A DNA stretch of 64,000 nucleotides. Source: Candidatus Poribacteria bacterium (lineage in GTDB: Bacteria; Poribacteria; WGA-4E; UBA9662). The position numbers and the translations under genes are program-made. Location: assembly GCA_046582655.1 (NCBI GenBank), contig JAYGDX010000089.1, positions 20,129 to 84,128 of the forward strand. The letters are read 5' to 3'. Below the pieces are notes generated by a model. The model searched no databases. It saw nothing but the letters and a program-made list of their open reading frames with translations, and was not told the origin of the DNA. Below, piece by piece: positions 10,901-20,364 of the stretch (position 1 is the first letter of the stretch; every line of letters starts with the position of its first letter).

Positions 10901-13716
10901 ATGGCACTAATCGTCTGCATCCCAACTGCTTGAAGTATCATGTCATTTGGATCAGAAGTTTCACTGTAGACAGTTGTGAACTGTCCAGAATGATAGTTAT
11001 TTTCTGAATCAAACAAAAGTTTAAGTGATTCACTTTCATCAGTTCCGATTACTGCGAGCTCCACCTCGATCTCGCTACTTTTTGACACGTCGGCATCTTG
11101 AACAATAATATGAAGTTTCGAACCCAGTTCAATCATCTTAGCCGGTCGTTCGACATTATTAATGAAGATTTTACCGTCGTTCCCGCTGGTTGCAACCACT
11201 GTTGCTTCAACCAGCTTGTTTCGTTCGTCACGACTGAAATAGGGATCAATGTAAGTCAATAGAATTTCGTCATTTCCACGTACTTTTAATATATCCAACG
11301 AACTACCTTCTGCATCGGAAGTATCTCGCTCTTTTTCAAAGACTGTTACAACCCGAGTGGTGAACAGAGAACTATTTTCAGATCTATTACCCCTAACATC
11401 ATCAATTAGGGTAGTAAAATCAGTCTCATATAATGCAAGACGCATGGTTTGGCTAGTAGTGGTATTCGTTAATGCGGCTTGAATTGACTCCGACTCTGCG
11501 CGGTCGGTGTTACTATCTGCATCCCACACACATAAGCTAATTACATCACCCGCTGTAAAAGTGAATATGGGCATTAGCAACCGTTCATCCATAAACACAA
11601 CCCGACCGCTAATTTGGCTGACCAGTTCAATTACATTCCAATCACTGGGTGAAGCGTTTACATCACCAGATGCATAAGCAAAACTACGATCTCCCACAGA
11701 ATAGATGTAATTGAATCCAATCGATTTGCCAATGTCGGGAATATAATTCTGAAGAACCAGATCTTTTGGAAGACATACTTCTAGGTTATATCCCTTGTCT
11801 GTCGGCATGATTTTGGCGTCGATATATTTATGGAAGTTAATATTCTTAGGGATGGCATCCATGTGGTGGTGAATCTGGGTGGGATGAACGAAAAGTTGAT
11901 TTGTGTCCGATCCGTAGATTGTCAAAACGAAATGGTGGTCACTTGTTTTGTACATGCCAGTTGAAGCTTTTCTGGTAGAATCGCAAAAGATATGAATGAC
12001 ATCGCGATCCGTACTTTTAAGATCGGCATGTTTGATAGTAGCAGCAATATAAAAATTTTCTTCGTTCCATTGGGTGTAGAGCGTAACTAGATCTTGTATT
12101 GGTTTAGCATCTAAAAAACGGCCAAATTTTTTGGGATCCGGATCAATTTCACGTGCCATGTGTGGATACAAAAGGTGCCAATCTTCTATATAACCATCAA
12201 TTACGATCTCTTGATTCACCTTAATGGCACGACCAATCTGATCGTTTGACAATTGCTGAGACTTTACCATTTCAGAACCAGAGATTTTGATCGGTCGAGC
12301 TTCATATAGCCGTACTTCGGAAACGACTGCATTGGGACCGGCAATTCGATTAAAATGAAGTTCCATACGTCCGTCGGCATAGGCCTCAGAGGGAATGGGA
12401 ATAGTTCTTGTGCTGAAATCTCCTACAGGTATTTCAATTGCCGGATGAAGGATGTGCCCATCAACCAGAAGATCCTGAATACGTGTTCCACCATTCTCTT
12501 GCAGATATTCCACCTCTACCCAATAGAGCATCCAAGGTTTAAGTTGATTGTAGCCAACTTTTACAGCGTTATAATGGTAAGAGAAACTTCTGGCGGAATT
12601 AGGATTACCCGGATTAACTTTGTCAGGCTCTCCACCTTCAGCAAGAAAATATCGATTTTCGCCACTGGTATCCCGATCAAAGGCAAATCCCTGTATCAGG
12701 TGCGGAGCTAAGATGTTATTTGCCTCACCAAGCCGCTCATGTTGCATCTGGATAGCGTTGTAATCCCTAAGTTCCCTCTCTAAACTATTAGGACGATAGT
12801 CTTTAGTATAGACCTCAAATTCGCGAATCTCAGCATAATCACCATGCCAATCACCATTTTCAATTTGTAAACGAATATAACGTCCCTTCATCGGCATATC
12901 AAAGAGATGTTGATCTGCCACAGTCTCATCCGGTAATTCCTGAGATATATAGATATTCTGATAATCCTGTCCATTCGAACTGATAGCAATTGAGTAGGTC
13001 TTAACGTTGTCTCCGGGACCATCAGTAGTCAGCTGAAACCCGTATATCTTTTGAATTTCGCCGATATCTGCGGTAACATAAACAGGTGTTTCCGGCGGTT
13101 TGTATTTTATCTCAACTTCTTCCCCTCCGTCCTCGACTTCAGTTTCTATTCGTTGCGCCGCCGCCCATTTTGAATCTCTGAAAGGAATTAGATCCTTTAG
13201 CATAGACAACTCAACTTCATTATAATTGGAAGTCATCGATTGAATGGGTGTATGGGATTTGTATCTTAATCCAACTTGAAAATCATCGACTTTTAAATTC
13301 GGTCTATTATTAAACCAGTCATTGATCACAACCTGAATCCAACGCGCTTCAGTTGGAAACTGAAAACGCTGCAGCGCGAAATTGTATTCACGTGAACTAC
13401 CAACATAAGAAAAGGCACGTGTAAAACGTGATTTCGATCTGTCCTTTCCTACTAATATATCAAACTGTTTCGGTCCACTTTCATTTGGGTCTTCAAATCG
13501 AACCTTAACTTTGTCAACCAGGTAGACATAACCGAGATCATAGGTGGCAAAGGGAGGGTCGCTCCTGAGCAAATCTGCCGACCGGAGGGATTCATCATCC
13601 ATCTTGCGAACGGGCTTGATGAAGTATTGGTTTGTTCTCAGATTAACTTTATTTCGCGGATAAAACAGAAAACCTAGTAGGATTGCGATACTGCTGAGGA
13701 AAAGATACTTAGCCAC
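7939..13716 (-). CDS. Giant (1925 aa) repetitive cell-surface protein. It has an N-terminal signal anchor, discoidin-like and CBM9/DOMON-like domains, about 12 tandem ~110-aa beta-sandwich repeats, and a C-terminal CBM9-like domain.
   Basis: A single uninterrupted ORF. The N-terminus is MAKYLFLSSIAILLGFLFYP. Internal repeats share the motif ...NSGIF.G.I.T.YG....DDGVLQVQGGE.I.A.Y.D.L..TGET.V.I... at least 12 times. F5/8-C-like segments end in ...IREFEVY. CBM9-like segments include WHLLYPHM and LWLQWDQDSLYFLAQIYD. Confidence 0.85.
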   Translation of the reverse strand: MAKYLFLSSIAILLGFLFYPRNKVNLRTNQYFIKPVRKMDDESLRSADLLRSDPPFATYDLGYVYLVDKVKVRFEDPNESGPKQFDILVGKDRSKSRFTRAFSYVGSSREYNFALQRFQFPTEARWIQVVINDWFNNRPNLKVDDFQVGLRYKSHTPIQSMTSNYNEVELSMLKDLIPFRDSKWAAAQRIETEVEDGGEEVEIKYKPPETPVYVTADIGEIQKIYGFQLTTDGPGDNVKTYSIAISSNGQDYQNIYISQELPDETVADQHLFDMPMKGRYIRLQIENGDWHGDYAEIREFEVYTKDYRPNSLERELRDYNAIQMQHERLGEANNILAPHLIQGFAFDRDTSGENRYFLAEGGEPDKVNPGNPNSARSFSYHYNAVKVGYNQLKPWMLYWVEVEYLQENGGTRIQDLLVDGHILHPAIEIPVGDFSTRTIPIPSEAYADGRMELHFNRIAGPNAVVSEVRLYEARPIKISGSEMVKSQQLSNDQIGRAIKVNQEIVIDGYIEDWHLLYPHMAREIDPDPKKFGRFLDAKPIQDLVTLYTQWNEENFYIAATIKHADLKSTDRDVIHIFCDSTRKASTGMYKTSDHHFVLTIYGSDTNQLFVHPTQIHHHMDAIPKNINFHKYIDAKIMPTDKGYNLEVCLPKDLVLQNYIPDIGKSIGFNYIYSVGDRSFAYASGDVNASPSDWNVIELVSQISGRVVFMDERLLMPIFTFTAGDVISLCVWDADSNTDRAESESIQAALTNTTTSQTMRLALYETDFTTLIDDVRGNRSENSSLFTTRVVTVFEKERDTSDAEGSSLDILKVRGNDEILLTYIDPYFSRDERNKLVEATVVATSGNDGKIFINNVERPAKMIELGSKLHIIVQDADVSKSSEIEVELAVIGTDESESLKLLFDSENNYHSGQFTTVYSETSDPNDMILQAVGMQTISAIYVDQLRETGEANVTIQTQKTVKIGDTAQLNINGRLIPGDMLFKAGTPLQIELQDTDLNQDLTQKEIIDVIIEGDQLQDQYRLALTETDADSSIFIASVETTYAIKADTKNNKLEVVGGEKVTVGYVDQIRGSGETGVLISRVAQAVTGYDGIIGIVQSNQVTDLENFNAGNMLHLRLRDKDIVQDVIAIALSGNMLNDREKLVLFSTSAEGNFSGSIPTLYSTEAQIDDGVIQVKGAEKIQAVYLDGLRATGETNIEIVDTCETNVGTTGNIHVYNESGFNPDSMLNSPINRFRASDTLILEIKDADLDTTNVVAQVFETDLTENTVRDRIRITMWGVFGNAGVFRGRLKTDYGSNPIVNDGVLQVQGGDIVTFVYTDALQDTGATQVKIRVDLMVAVGETGDIEIYTVESLRLISNFSVGIGSFNNSEQLLVRLTDKDLDLFPEKIESTKVTVRGNVLGNEKVISLHETNKNSGIFAGTFTTSNQANTDPIGLVLTDKEVIAISYLDALTATGETGIMTKVQAIVLSGNEGILKITDDNESEVGSFMAGDLLYFWLEDLLLSTVVDASEVTITIYGNRTQDQVDVVLEKKPNQNGVFWGVVPTRYGRTAVADDTLDVQGEEAVTAIYSPQFSAINATTVEDITYANKGIRGNLTVTRKDGSVLRNFNIGATLYFRLEDQDLNVDPSITESANLRVRVNEMETGSHIVLLEESKNSRIFRGSIQTAYGRDINESNELGLTGGEMIAMIYDDRLIETGETNVEITTMCRSNLIAWAARTNKPVVIDGLDDQWPLEKAIVTPKNEGLLWLQWDQDSLYFLAQIYDNQVEVGDPIRYYQGSDALELHIDLHPIHEHRPDYLDSQGDSDRFIFWVCPKGGGFNGSRPYFGQSAPRLVPNYEAKGLQIAVTEQENYYMIEARLPFYPILKGFDPIKMKRNNKLGFNFIIHRSDERSVYWAEQMPNTESVPPSSLGLLILEDVGNFKVLAGN

Positions 13717-13728
13717 AAAGCTAACCCT

Positions 13729-16128
13729 TTATACTATGTCAAGAGAATTTTTTAATTCTTGAAGCCGACGACTAATTTTTTGCTTGTCAATTCGGTTCCC
13801 GTCAACGTATTCCCTTAACTCATGCGGCAAATTTGGTGGAACCATCGACCGGGAATTTGCTTCACGAAGTGCCAAAAGTCCCATAAATTCGTTCATCTCA
13901 GGTGAATGTTCAGGAACATAGTCGTCCATGGTTCGATTTAGATCTTCTTGGGACACAACCTCACGTTCATGCCGTTTGGCAAGGTTATAGCTTCTCAGCA
14001 CAATACGTTCAAGATCTCCACCGCTCAGTCTACGTGTCGCTCGGTTAGCTTGGCTAAAATCAATGCCATCAACGGAAATCTGATGTTTTCTGAAAAGTTT
14101 CTCCAGAATATCAGCACGTTCCTGACCGGTTGGCCGCAGCAAAATTAATCGATGATCAAAGATACCACGTTGTCGAAACACCGGATCAATGGCATCGGGG
14201 CGGTTTGATGCACCAATCCAGAGAATTTTACCGTGGTATTCTGGATCACTGATCATATTGGTCAGTTCAGCGGGCAACATACTGTTTGGTGTTTGCACGC
14301 CATTACTAACATGTGGGTTGCTTACCAAATCGATTTCGTCTACAAAAACAATTACCGGTATTACGGCTTGAACAAAACTAAGTGCCATCCTTAAATCGCT
14401 TTGATACGATTTTCCATCACCCGCCATTGGTCTCTCAATACCAATCCATTCCCGTGGACTTTTAAGTCGAACAAATGTCAATCCACTGTATCTTGCAATC
14501 ATCTGAGCTAACAAGGTCTTACCGGTACCAGGTGGTCCTAGCAACAACAACCCCCGCGGTGCACGCTTCAGATCACCTTGATGGATAGCGGACATGATAT
14601 CTCTCATTATCTCACCAACGTGTCTCATACCACCGACCACTGAGCGATCGTAGGGAGTCGGCACAACTTCTAGTAGACCTCGACTGTGAGTCTCGACATT
14701 CTCACGTCGATACTGAGCAATTAGCGTTGGAGTAATCGGTTCACGCACCTCCTCTGCTCGCAAGGCAACGTCATGGATACCAAAGAGGGTAAGACCTGCG
14801 GTATCTCGGGCAGCTTGTTCAATCGTTAAATCTGGGTGAAGTTTTATCTGTGTCGTAATTTGCGCTCGTGAATCTGGATTGGTCTGAACAGGCAAGCTGA
14901 TCAAGTGATTAATAAATTCAAATCGATCATTGTAATCCGGAAAAGGAATTTCCACTACCGGCACATCACTATTTTTCGTCAATACTGGGTGGACATCGGT
15001 GATATCATGTGCTACCATCAAGAAAAGGTGCTTTTTCAGTCTTATATCGAAGTCCGCTGCCCACCTCTGCAATGTATCCAAAAACGTCGTGGTCTCTTTT
15101 GGGAGTACAGACATTTCCCCACTTGGCGCGACTTTCTCTGTATAGAACATCACCAACCCAACCTTGTATCTTACAGTATTGAAAAGTGTATTAAGCTGAT
15201 TTAACCAATCAGAGGTTATTGGGAGCTTACCAGAGCCAATGAAGGGGTCTTCATGCATCTTCTCGTGAATTACACCGGAGTTGATTTTCGTGCGATGCGG
15301 GTCAACTTCACGTTCAGAAACAATCTCCCACTGAGCATCTTCAATTTCTACCGGATTACCACTCGAGTCCTCGCCAGCAAGTTTGAATTTATAGGGTTCC
15401 CTTGGTTTTATCTCTCTTGGCATTTCCTCAAATTTGATTTTGGTAAGTTCCCCAGGAATAACTACGATCTCATCAGACTCAGCATTCACATTATGTACTT
15501 GAACAGTGATCTTGCCCTTGCCTGCCTTTGAAGCAGTAAAAACACCATCAGGGGTTATGTCACCAATTCCTCCTTCAACTTTCCAGCGCGCCTGTTGAAT
15601 CCCAATTGAACGATTCGATCCGTCAAAACCGGTTAATTTTAGCCGGATTTTTTGACCAGATTCTATTTCAAATTGTTGAGGTGAAATTTCAAGCTGCTCA
15701 ATCTGGTCATCCGTAATACGGAACCGTGGTGATTCGGTACGCACATTGCCAACTGAAGCACGGATTCGCCCTAGCCCCAGTTCCTCTGCTATAAACGTTC
15801 CCTGCCCATCAAATTGACCGACAGAGGGTAAACCCCCCTGCATCTCACCAACCCATTTAACATCCTCACTAACCAACCCAAGTGAACGTTGGATCCATTT
15901 CCAATGGTCTATTTGCGGCCAAATAATTCCTTGTGAAGGTGTATACCCAAGAACAATATCACACCCAACCATATTCAATTGTTCCATGAGATAATAGAAT
16001 ATGGGTAAATACCCATGTTCCGCGTCTTTTGCCAAGTCATATGTATTATAGTGAAGCATAAACATATGGGCAGAACCTGCTTTGTACTCTTTGGCAATCC
16101 TATCAAAAAAGCTGGGCATTTCCCTCAT
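13729..16128 (-). CDS. AAA+ ATPase (classic clade) with an N-terminal domain of unknown function and two bacterial Ig-like (Big_2-like) domains
   Basis: 799 aa with no signal peptide. Walker A LLLGPPGTGKTLLAQ, Walker B VIVFVDEIDLV, and an SRH region NRPDAIDPVFRQRGIFDHRLIL. Ig-like segments include GKGKITVQVHNVNAESDEIVV. It ends 12 bp upstream of the giant-protein gene. Confidence 0.8.
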   Translation of the reverse strand: MREMPSFFDRIAKEYKAGSAHMFMLHYNTYDLAKDAEHGYLPIFYYLMEQLNMVGCDIVLGYTPSQGIIWPQIDHWKWIQRSLGLVSEDVKWVGEMQGGLPSVGQFDGQGTFIAEELGLGRIRASVGNVRTESPRFRITDDQIEQLEISPQQFEIESGQKIRLKLTGFDGSNRSIGIQQARWKVEGGIGDITPDGVFTASKAGKGKITVQVHNVNAESDEIVVIPGELTKIKFEEMPREIKPREPYKFKLAGEDSSGNPVEIEDAQWEIVSEREVDPHRTKINSGVIHEKMHEDPFIGSGKLPITSDWLNQLNTLFNTVRYKVGLVMFYTEKVAPSGEMSVLPKETTTFLDTLQRWAADFDIRLKKHLFLMVAHDITDVHPVLTKNSDVPVVEIPFPDYNDRFEFINHLISLPVQTNPDSRAQITTQIKLHPDLTIEQAARDTAGLTLFGIHDVALRAEEVREPITPTLIAQYRRENVETHSRGLLEVVPTPYDRSVVGGMRHVGEIMRDIMSAIHQGDLKRAPRGLLLLGPPGTGKTLLAQMIARYSGLTFVRLKSPREWIGIERPMAGDGKSYQSDLRMALSFVQAVIPVIVFVDEIDLVSNPHVSNGVQTPNSMLPAELTNMISDPEYHGKILWIGASNRPDAIDPVFRQRGIFDHRLILLRPTGQERADILEKLFRKHQISVDGIDFSQANRATRRLSGGDLERIVLRSYNLAKRHEREVVSQEDLNRTMDDYVPEHSPEMNEFMGLLALREANSRSMVPPNLPHELREYVDGNRIDKQKISRRLQELKNSLDIV

Positions 16129-16544
16129 CTTAATCCTAGGGTTTCATTGTCCTTATCATAATAGCATGGCCACTATCAATTAGCAAGACTTTGCTTACGC
16201 TCGTTTAAAGAGTTTAACCTTCTAAAGTGAGCTAGATTCTGACCAAAGGAATTAGCATACTAAAGAAGAAGATAGAGAGCCTGGATTCGAAGTTGCTAGG
16301 ATTATCCAGCTCGAAAAAATTGCACCTCCGAACCCTGAACTACTCTCCCAAACTCAGGATTCAGGGCAACTGGTGGGTTGGATAACAACTCCAATTCCCT
16401 AAAAGATGATTCAAGAATTACCAATGCCTGGAATGCTACTAGGACTCATTGAGGTTGGGAATAAAGTCCAGAGCATCAAGAAATTGCTGATATCCCCTTT
16501 ATCGGTCCTCGAGCACATTACCTGTCACGAATTAATAGACCTCT

Positions 16545-17376
16545 TGCAAAAGTAGAAAGAAATGCTAGAATGAAAGATGGGATACCAAGAGATAAAAGAT
16601 AAATCAGGATCAGATTATAAGCGATTGACTGGAGTTAGCCCACAGACCTTCCATCAGATGCGACAAATGTTAGAACAGTCCCAACCTCGGAGGGAACGAC
16701 CAGCTAAACTGAGTTGTGCCGATCAATTGTTAATGACCTTGATGTACCGGCATGAATACCAGACTTAGTTTCACCTTGCCCAAAGCTATCGCCCAAGCGG
16801 AGCCACTGTTTGTCGCACCATAGCGAAAGAGGAAGACTGATTGATACAATCAGAACAGTTCCGATTGCCGGGTAAGAAGAAACTGCTAGAGAGTGACAAG
16901 CAAATTTAAGTCTTGTTAGTAGATGCCACCGAGCAACCAATTGAACGGCCGAAAAAAACAAGGACAATATTACAGTGGCAAAAAGCGGCATACGCAGAAA
17001 GCACAATTGGTGATAAATTTAGCCTTCCGACAGATCCTGTTCACCACTTTTGACAGCGGAAGGAAACATGATTTCCAGTTGTTTAAGAACAGCTAGACAA
17101 AGATTTAGAGGACAACTCTGTTGTTTGTCTGATTCAGGTTACCAGGGACTATCCAAGTTGCATAGCAACAGTTGGTTGCCAAAAAAGCAATCCAAACATC
17201 GGCCCCTGAGCCAGAAGGGGGAAGCCTCTAATAGAGATTTAGCCCGAGGCCGTATTTATGTTGAACATGTAATTGGCAAGTTAAAAGTCTTTGGCATCCT
17301 GTGCCAGCGTTATCGAGACCATCGCCGGTGTCTTTCACTACTGCTTTAACCTGATAGCTTCTATCTACAATTTGGA
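16545..17376 (+). mobile_element. Degenerate IS5-family (DDE_Tnp_4 / IS1031-like) insertion sequence remnant
   Basis: Transposase fragments lie in different frames (see the pseudogene entry). Candidate imperfect terminal inverted repeats are ttgcaaaagtagaaagaaatgcta (16545..) and tccaaattgtagatagaagcta (reverse complement of 17355..17376). At about 830 bp it is short for an IS5 element, which fits internal deletions. Confidence 0.45.
16577..17349 (+). pseudogene. IS5-family DDE transposase, disrupted by frameshifts and stops
   Basis: The N-terminal fragment reads MGYQEIKDKSGSDYKRLTGVSPQTFHQMRQMLEQ...LSCADQLLMTLMYRHEYQT. The middle fragment, in another frame, reads LLVDATEQPIERPKKQGQYYSGKKRHTQKAQLV. 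The C-terminal fragment reads DSGYQG...RGRIYVEHVIGKLKVFGILCQRYR. All are typical of DDE_Tnp_4 transposases. Confidence 0.6.
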
Positions 17377-18253
17377 ACTCACCCTTAAATGCTGATTTAG
17401 GCAAGAGGTTAAATGTTGTTTCTTACTGAATTTAGCTAGATGCTTGAAATCTCACCCACGCTTTCAATTCAATTGGATGCATCAGTTGAATTTGGCGAAA
17501 TTATGGCCTCGGCACTTGAAATTTCTCTTAAAAATTTGCCTAATACAGAATTGCGCCCTACAAGAACTTTTCCTACCATGTAACAGATACAGTTGTTGTA
17601 CTAGGTTCGCGAGTTTTCTGCGCACTGATTGAGGATGTACTGATTGTCAGCTTAGGTTAGACTTCACAACTATCAAATCTTAATCGCACACTATCGAATA
17701 AAGCTTCCAATGATTTCCTGCAAATCGTGGACCATGTACATGACCAATCAGTTCCTTGGTGCAGGGTAAGTGGACCTGAGATTGAACTTAAAACTCAAAA
17801 TCGATATCGCCTGTTTATTTATTGTTGCAATTTCCTCGCTTGCTTTAAGTCCATCAGTTGTGCCGATACTCTTAGTGCCCCTACCGCACGACGACGAACA
17901 CCAACAAATTAATCCTGTAATGTTCCGATCAAAGCATAAACAACACCTACTTTATCCTCTTTCTATTTCTGCTGATTACTTAATGCAAAAGTGCCTCTTG
18001 TTTTCCAAAAAAGTGAGGTAGGGAAGGATGCGTGTTAGCAACGATAGCGAAATCAAGATATCAAGATATAGCTCAAAGATACCAAATGTATTGGCAAATC
18101 AGATAGCCACAAGGCGAAACTGGATCAGGATCTTAACGTGCGACTGAAATCAAAACAAAATACACTGTACATTAAGATCTGTAACAGGGAAGACGATTAG
18201 GCGTTTGCAGTCCGTTTCACTAACTCTTCAGGTAGACTAATTAAGTAGATCAG

Positions 18254-19384
18254 TTATGAGGGATCAAGATAGAATTTTTGGAGCAGTTTAAGCTGATGCG
18301 ATGATATTTCGGTTGGCAGTTTAACTCGGAGTGTTACAAGTTGATCTCCAGTATCCGTTCCTGCTTCATTCGGAAGCCCTTTACCAGAAAGTTTAAATTT
18401 ATGATTGGGTTGTGTTCCAGCAGGGACATCAATATGGATAAAATCATCAAGCGTTTGTACCGAGATCTGTGTCCCCAAAATAGCATCAATAAAATCAACC
18501 CCCATTTCACTATGGAGATCGTTTCCGTGTCGCGAGAGGTATGGATGTTCTCGAATCCGGACTTTCAGAAATAAATCGCCGTTTGGACCATTATGTAAAC
18601 CCGGTTCCCCCTTACCAGAAATCTTTAAGCGAGTGCCGTCCTTAATACCTGGTTTTACAGTAGCCATAATTTTGTGTTGTCTCTCAATCCTACCGGTTTC
18701 ACTACAATTGAAGCAGGGAATTCCTTTGTCATCGATGTTATCACAGCAACTGGGACATATACGTTTAACATCAACGTTTCCCATTCTCACCTCGATAGTA
18801 CCAGTTGCTGCACATCTTCGGCACCCCCGCGAGTCAATGGCTCCTTGTCTCCCTATACCATTGCAGCGAATACAGGTTTCGTGAATGGTCACAGGGACCA
18901 TAAACTGTCCACCTTGTAAAACATCTTTTAGGTCTATCTCAAGAATCTGCTGAACGCTTTCACCACGCACGGGTCTTTTTATTTTTGTTTTCTGACTTTC
19001 TGATTCGGTGAAGAAATCATTGAAGAAATCTGAGAAGGAAGCACCCGAGAATTTCCCTCTTGTTCTTGCGCGTGCAGTCGAAGTTGGAGGTTCGTTGGTC
19101 GTTCGTGCTTGTGGCTTTGACCTTGGAGAAGATTGGTAACTATGTTTAGCAGACGGTGGTTTTGCCTTGTTTTTACTAGTAGAATAAGACTGATCGTATT
19201 CTGCTCTTTTTTCCGAGTTTGAAAGAATGGCATACGCTTCTGAGATGCGTTGGAATTTATCTTCAATGCTGAAGTTATTAGGATTTTTGTCGGGATGGAA
19301 TTCAATCGCAAGCTGACGGAATGCTTTTTTGATCTGGTCAAGCGTAGCAGACGTTGAAACCCCTAGAATTTTATAGTAATCCAC
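18254..19384 (-). CDS. DnaJ-class molecular chaperone with a J domain, a low-complexity linker, a CR-type zinc-finger and a C-terminal domain
   Basis: N-terminus MDYYKILGVSTSATLDQIKKAFRQLAIEFHPDKNP (HPD motif). There are four CxxC(x)G repeats: CIRCNGIG, CRRCAATG, CPSCCDNIDDKG and CFNCSETG. I do not assign the dnaJ symbol because the linker is atypical and paralogues may exist. Confidence 0.85.
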   Translation of the reverse strand: MDYYKILGVSTSATLDQIKKAFRQLAIEFHPDKNPNNFSIEDKFQRISEAYAILSNSEKRAEYDQSYSTSKNKAKPPSAKHSYQSSPRSKPQARTTNEPPTSTARARTRGKFSGASFSDFFNDFFTESESQKTKIKRPVRGESVQQILEIDLKDVLQGGQFMVPVTIHETCIRCNGIGRQGAIDSRGCRRCAATGTIEVRMGNVDVKRICPSCCDNIDDKGIPCFNCSETGRIERQHKIMATVKPGIKDGTRLKISGKGEPGLHNGPNGDLFLKVRIREHPYLSRHGNDLHSEMGVDFIDAILGTQISVQTLDDFIHIDVPAGTQPNHKFKLSGKGLPNEAGTDTGDQLVTLRVKLPTEISSHQLKLLQKFYLDPS

Positions 19385-19611
19385 AATTCAAGCATCCATG
19401 TATAGTTACTTTAGTTTTCCAAGGTTGCATAGTATACAAGATTACAGACTAAACATGTAAACGTTATTTGCCTTGCAGCACGGCATACATTAAGGAGATA
19501 TACAAGTCAATTTTTACTATCAATTTTGATTGGCCGTATGCTATCCTTAGAAATATAGACGATTTAAGGTTACGAAAGCATAGTTCACGGAATTAAGGGA
19601 ATATTCGTAAG

Positions 19612-20361
19612 ATGATGTGGCGTACCCAGGCGCGCGCCTTCGCACTCCAGATGCTTTATCAAGTTGAAGTACATCAAGATAGTTCTTCCATCGATTTTAC
19701 ATACTTCTGGAAACAACCAGATATAAATTCGTTAGATGGATTTTATCCGCTTAGTGTATTTCGGTGGTTGCTGTCCGGAAACACAAGTCAGAAGGAGAAA
19801 GGTCAGGAAGATTTCAATCAAAAAGTTATTACCGTTCAAGAAACATTTGAAAATCGGAACAAAGATCGTCATAATCCCAACCAAGAATTGGTTGATCTGT
19901 TCAAGAATTTATTCTGGAATCGAACTGAAAACGGAGAAGACGAAACGGTCGAAATATCGGCTCATCCGTCTGAACAGAAACAGGAAATCTCGCTTAAGGC
20001 ATTTAAAGCGTCAGACGACATCATCGATTTTGCCAATTTATTGGTGCAAGGTACCATTGAACATCTGTCGACCATTGACCAATTGATTGATTCGGCTTCA
20101 GAACATTGGACACGTAATAGGATGCCACTTACCGATTTGTCAGTTTTACGGCTTGCAACCTATGAGATACTATGTCTAGTAGACATTCCTTTTGCCGTCT
20201 CAATTAATGAAGCAGTCGAACTCTCCAAAATCTTTGGCACCGACGATTCCCCCAAATTTGTCAATGGCGTTTTGGATAAAGTTAAGGAACTGAGTTCCAC
20301 AAATCATATCCCACTCAATCGATTGGAAGTTAGTTCCAACCAGAATGAAGAAGAGAGATAA
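19612..20361 (+). CDS. nusB: Transcription antitermination factor NusB carrying a ~100-aa internal insertion
   Basis: The N-terminal [17 protein letters not shown] and C-terminal [56 protein letters not shown] match NusB. The protein is 249 aa against about 140 aa for typical NusB. Confidence 0.7.
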   Translation: MMWRTQARAFALQMLYQVEVHQDSSSIDFTYFWKQPDINSLDGFYPLSVFRWLLSGNTSQKEKGQEDFNQKVITVQETFENRNKDRHNPNQELVDLFKNLFWNRTENGEDETVEISAHPSEQKQEISLKAFKASDDIIDFANLLVQGTIEHLSTIDQLIDSASEHWTRNRMPLTDLSVLRLATYEILCLVDIPFAVSINEAVELSKIFGTDDSPKFVNGVLDKVKELSSTNHIPLNRLEVSSNQNEEER

Positions 20362-20364
20362 AGT

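Noticed and set aside
8800-12000. Highly repetitive region that might suggest a CRISPR array or a satellite
   Set aside because: The periodicity is at the protein level (~110-aa domain repeats with a TGET motif) inside one continuous 5.8 kb ORF. DNA-level repeats are degenerate with no spacer or repeat structure. No CRISPR array was seen anywhere in the window.
16270-16300. tRNA-like T-loop motif (reverse complement of ggattcgaag gives CTTCGAATCC) in the leader region of the AAA gene
   Set aside because: The flanking bases cannot form the 5-bp T-stem (C/C at positions 53 and 61). No acceptor or anticodon arms could be built around it. No tRNA was called anywhere in the window.
18054-18075. 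Short direct repeat caagatat x2 in the non-coding scar
   Set aside because: Too short to distinguish from chance in AT-rich sequence.
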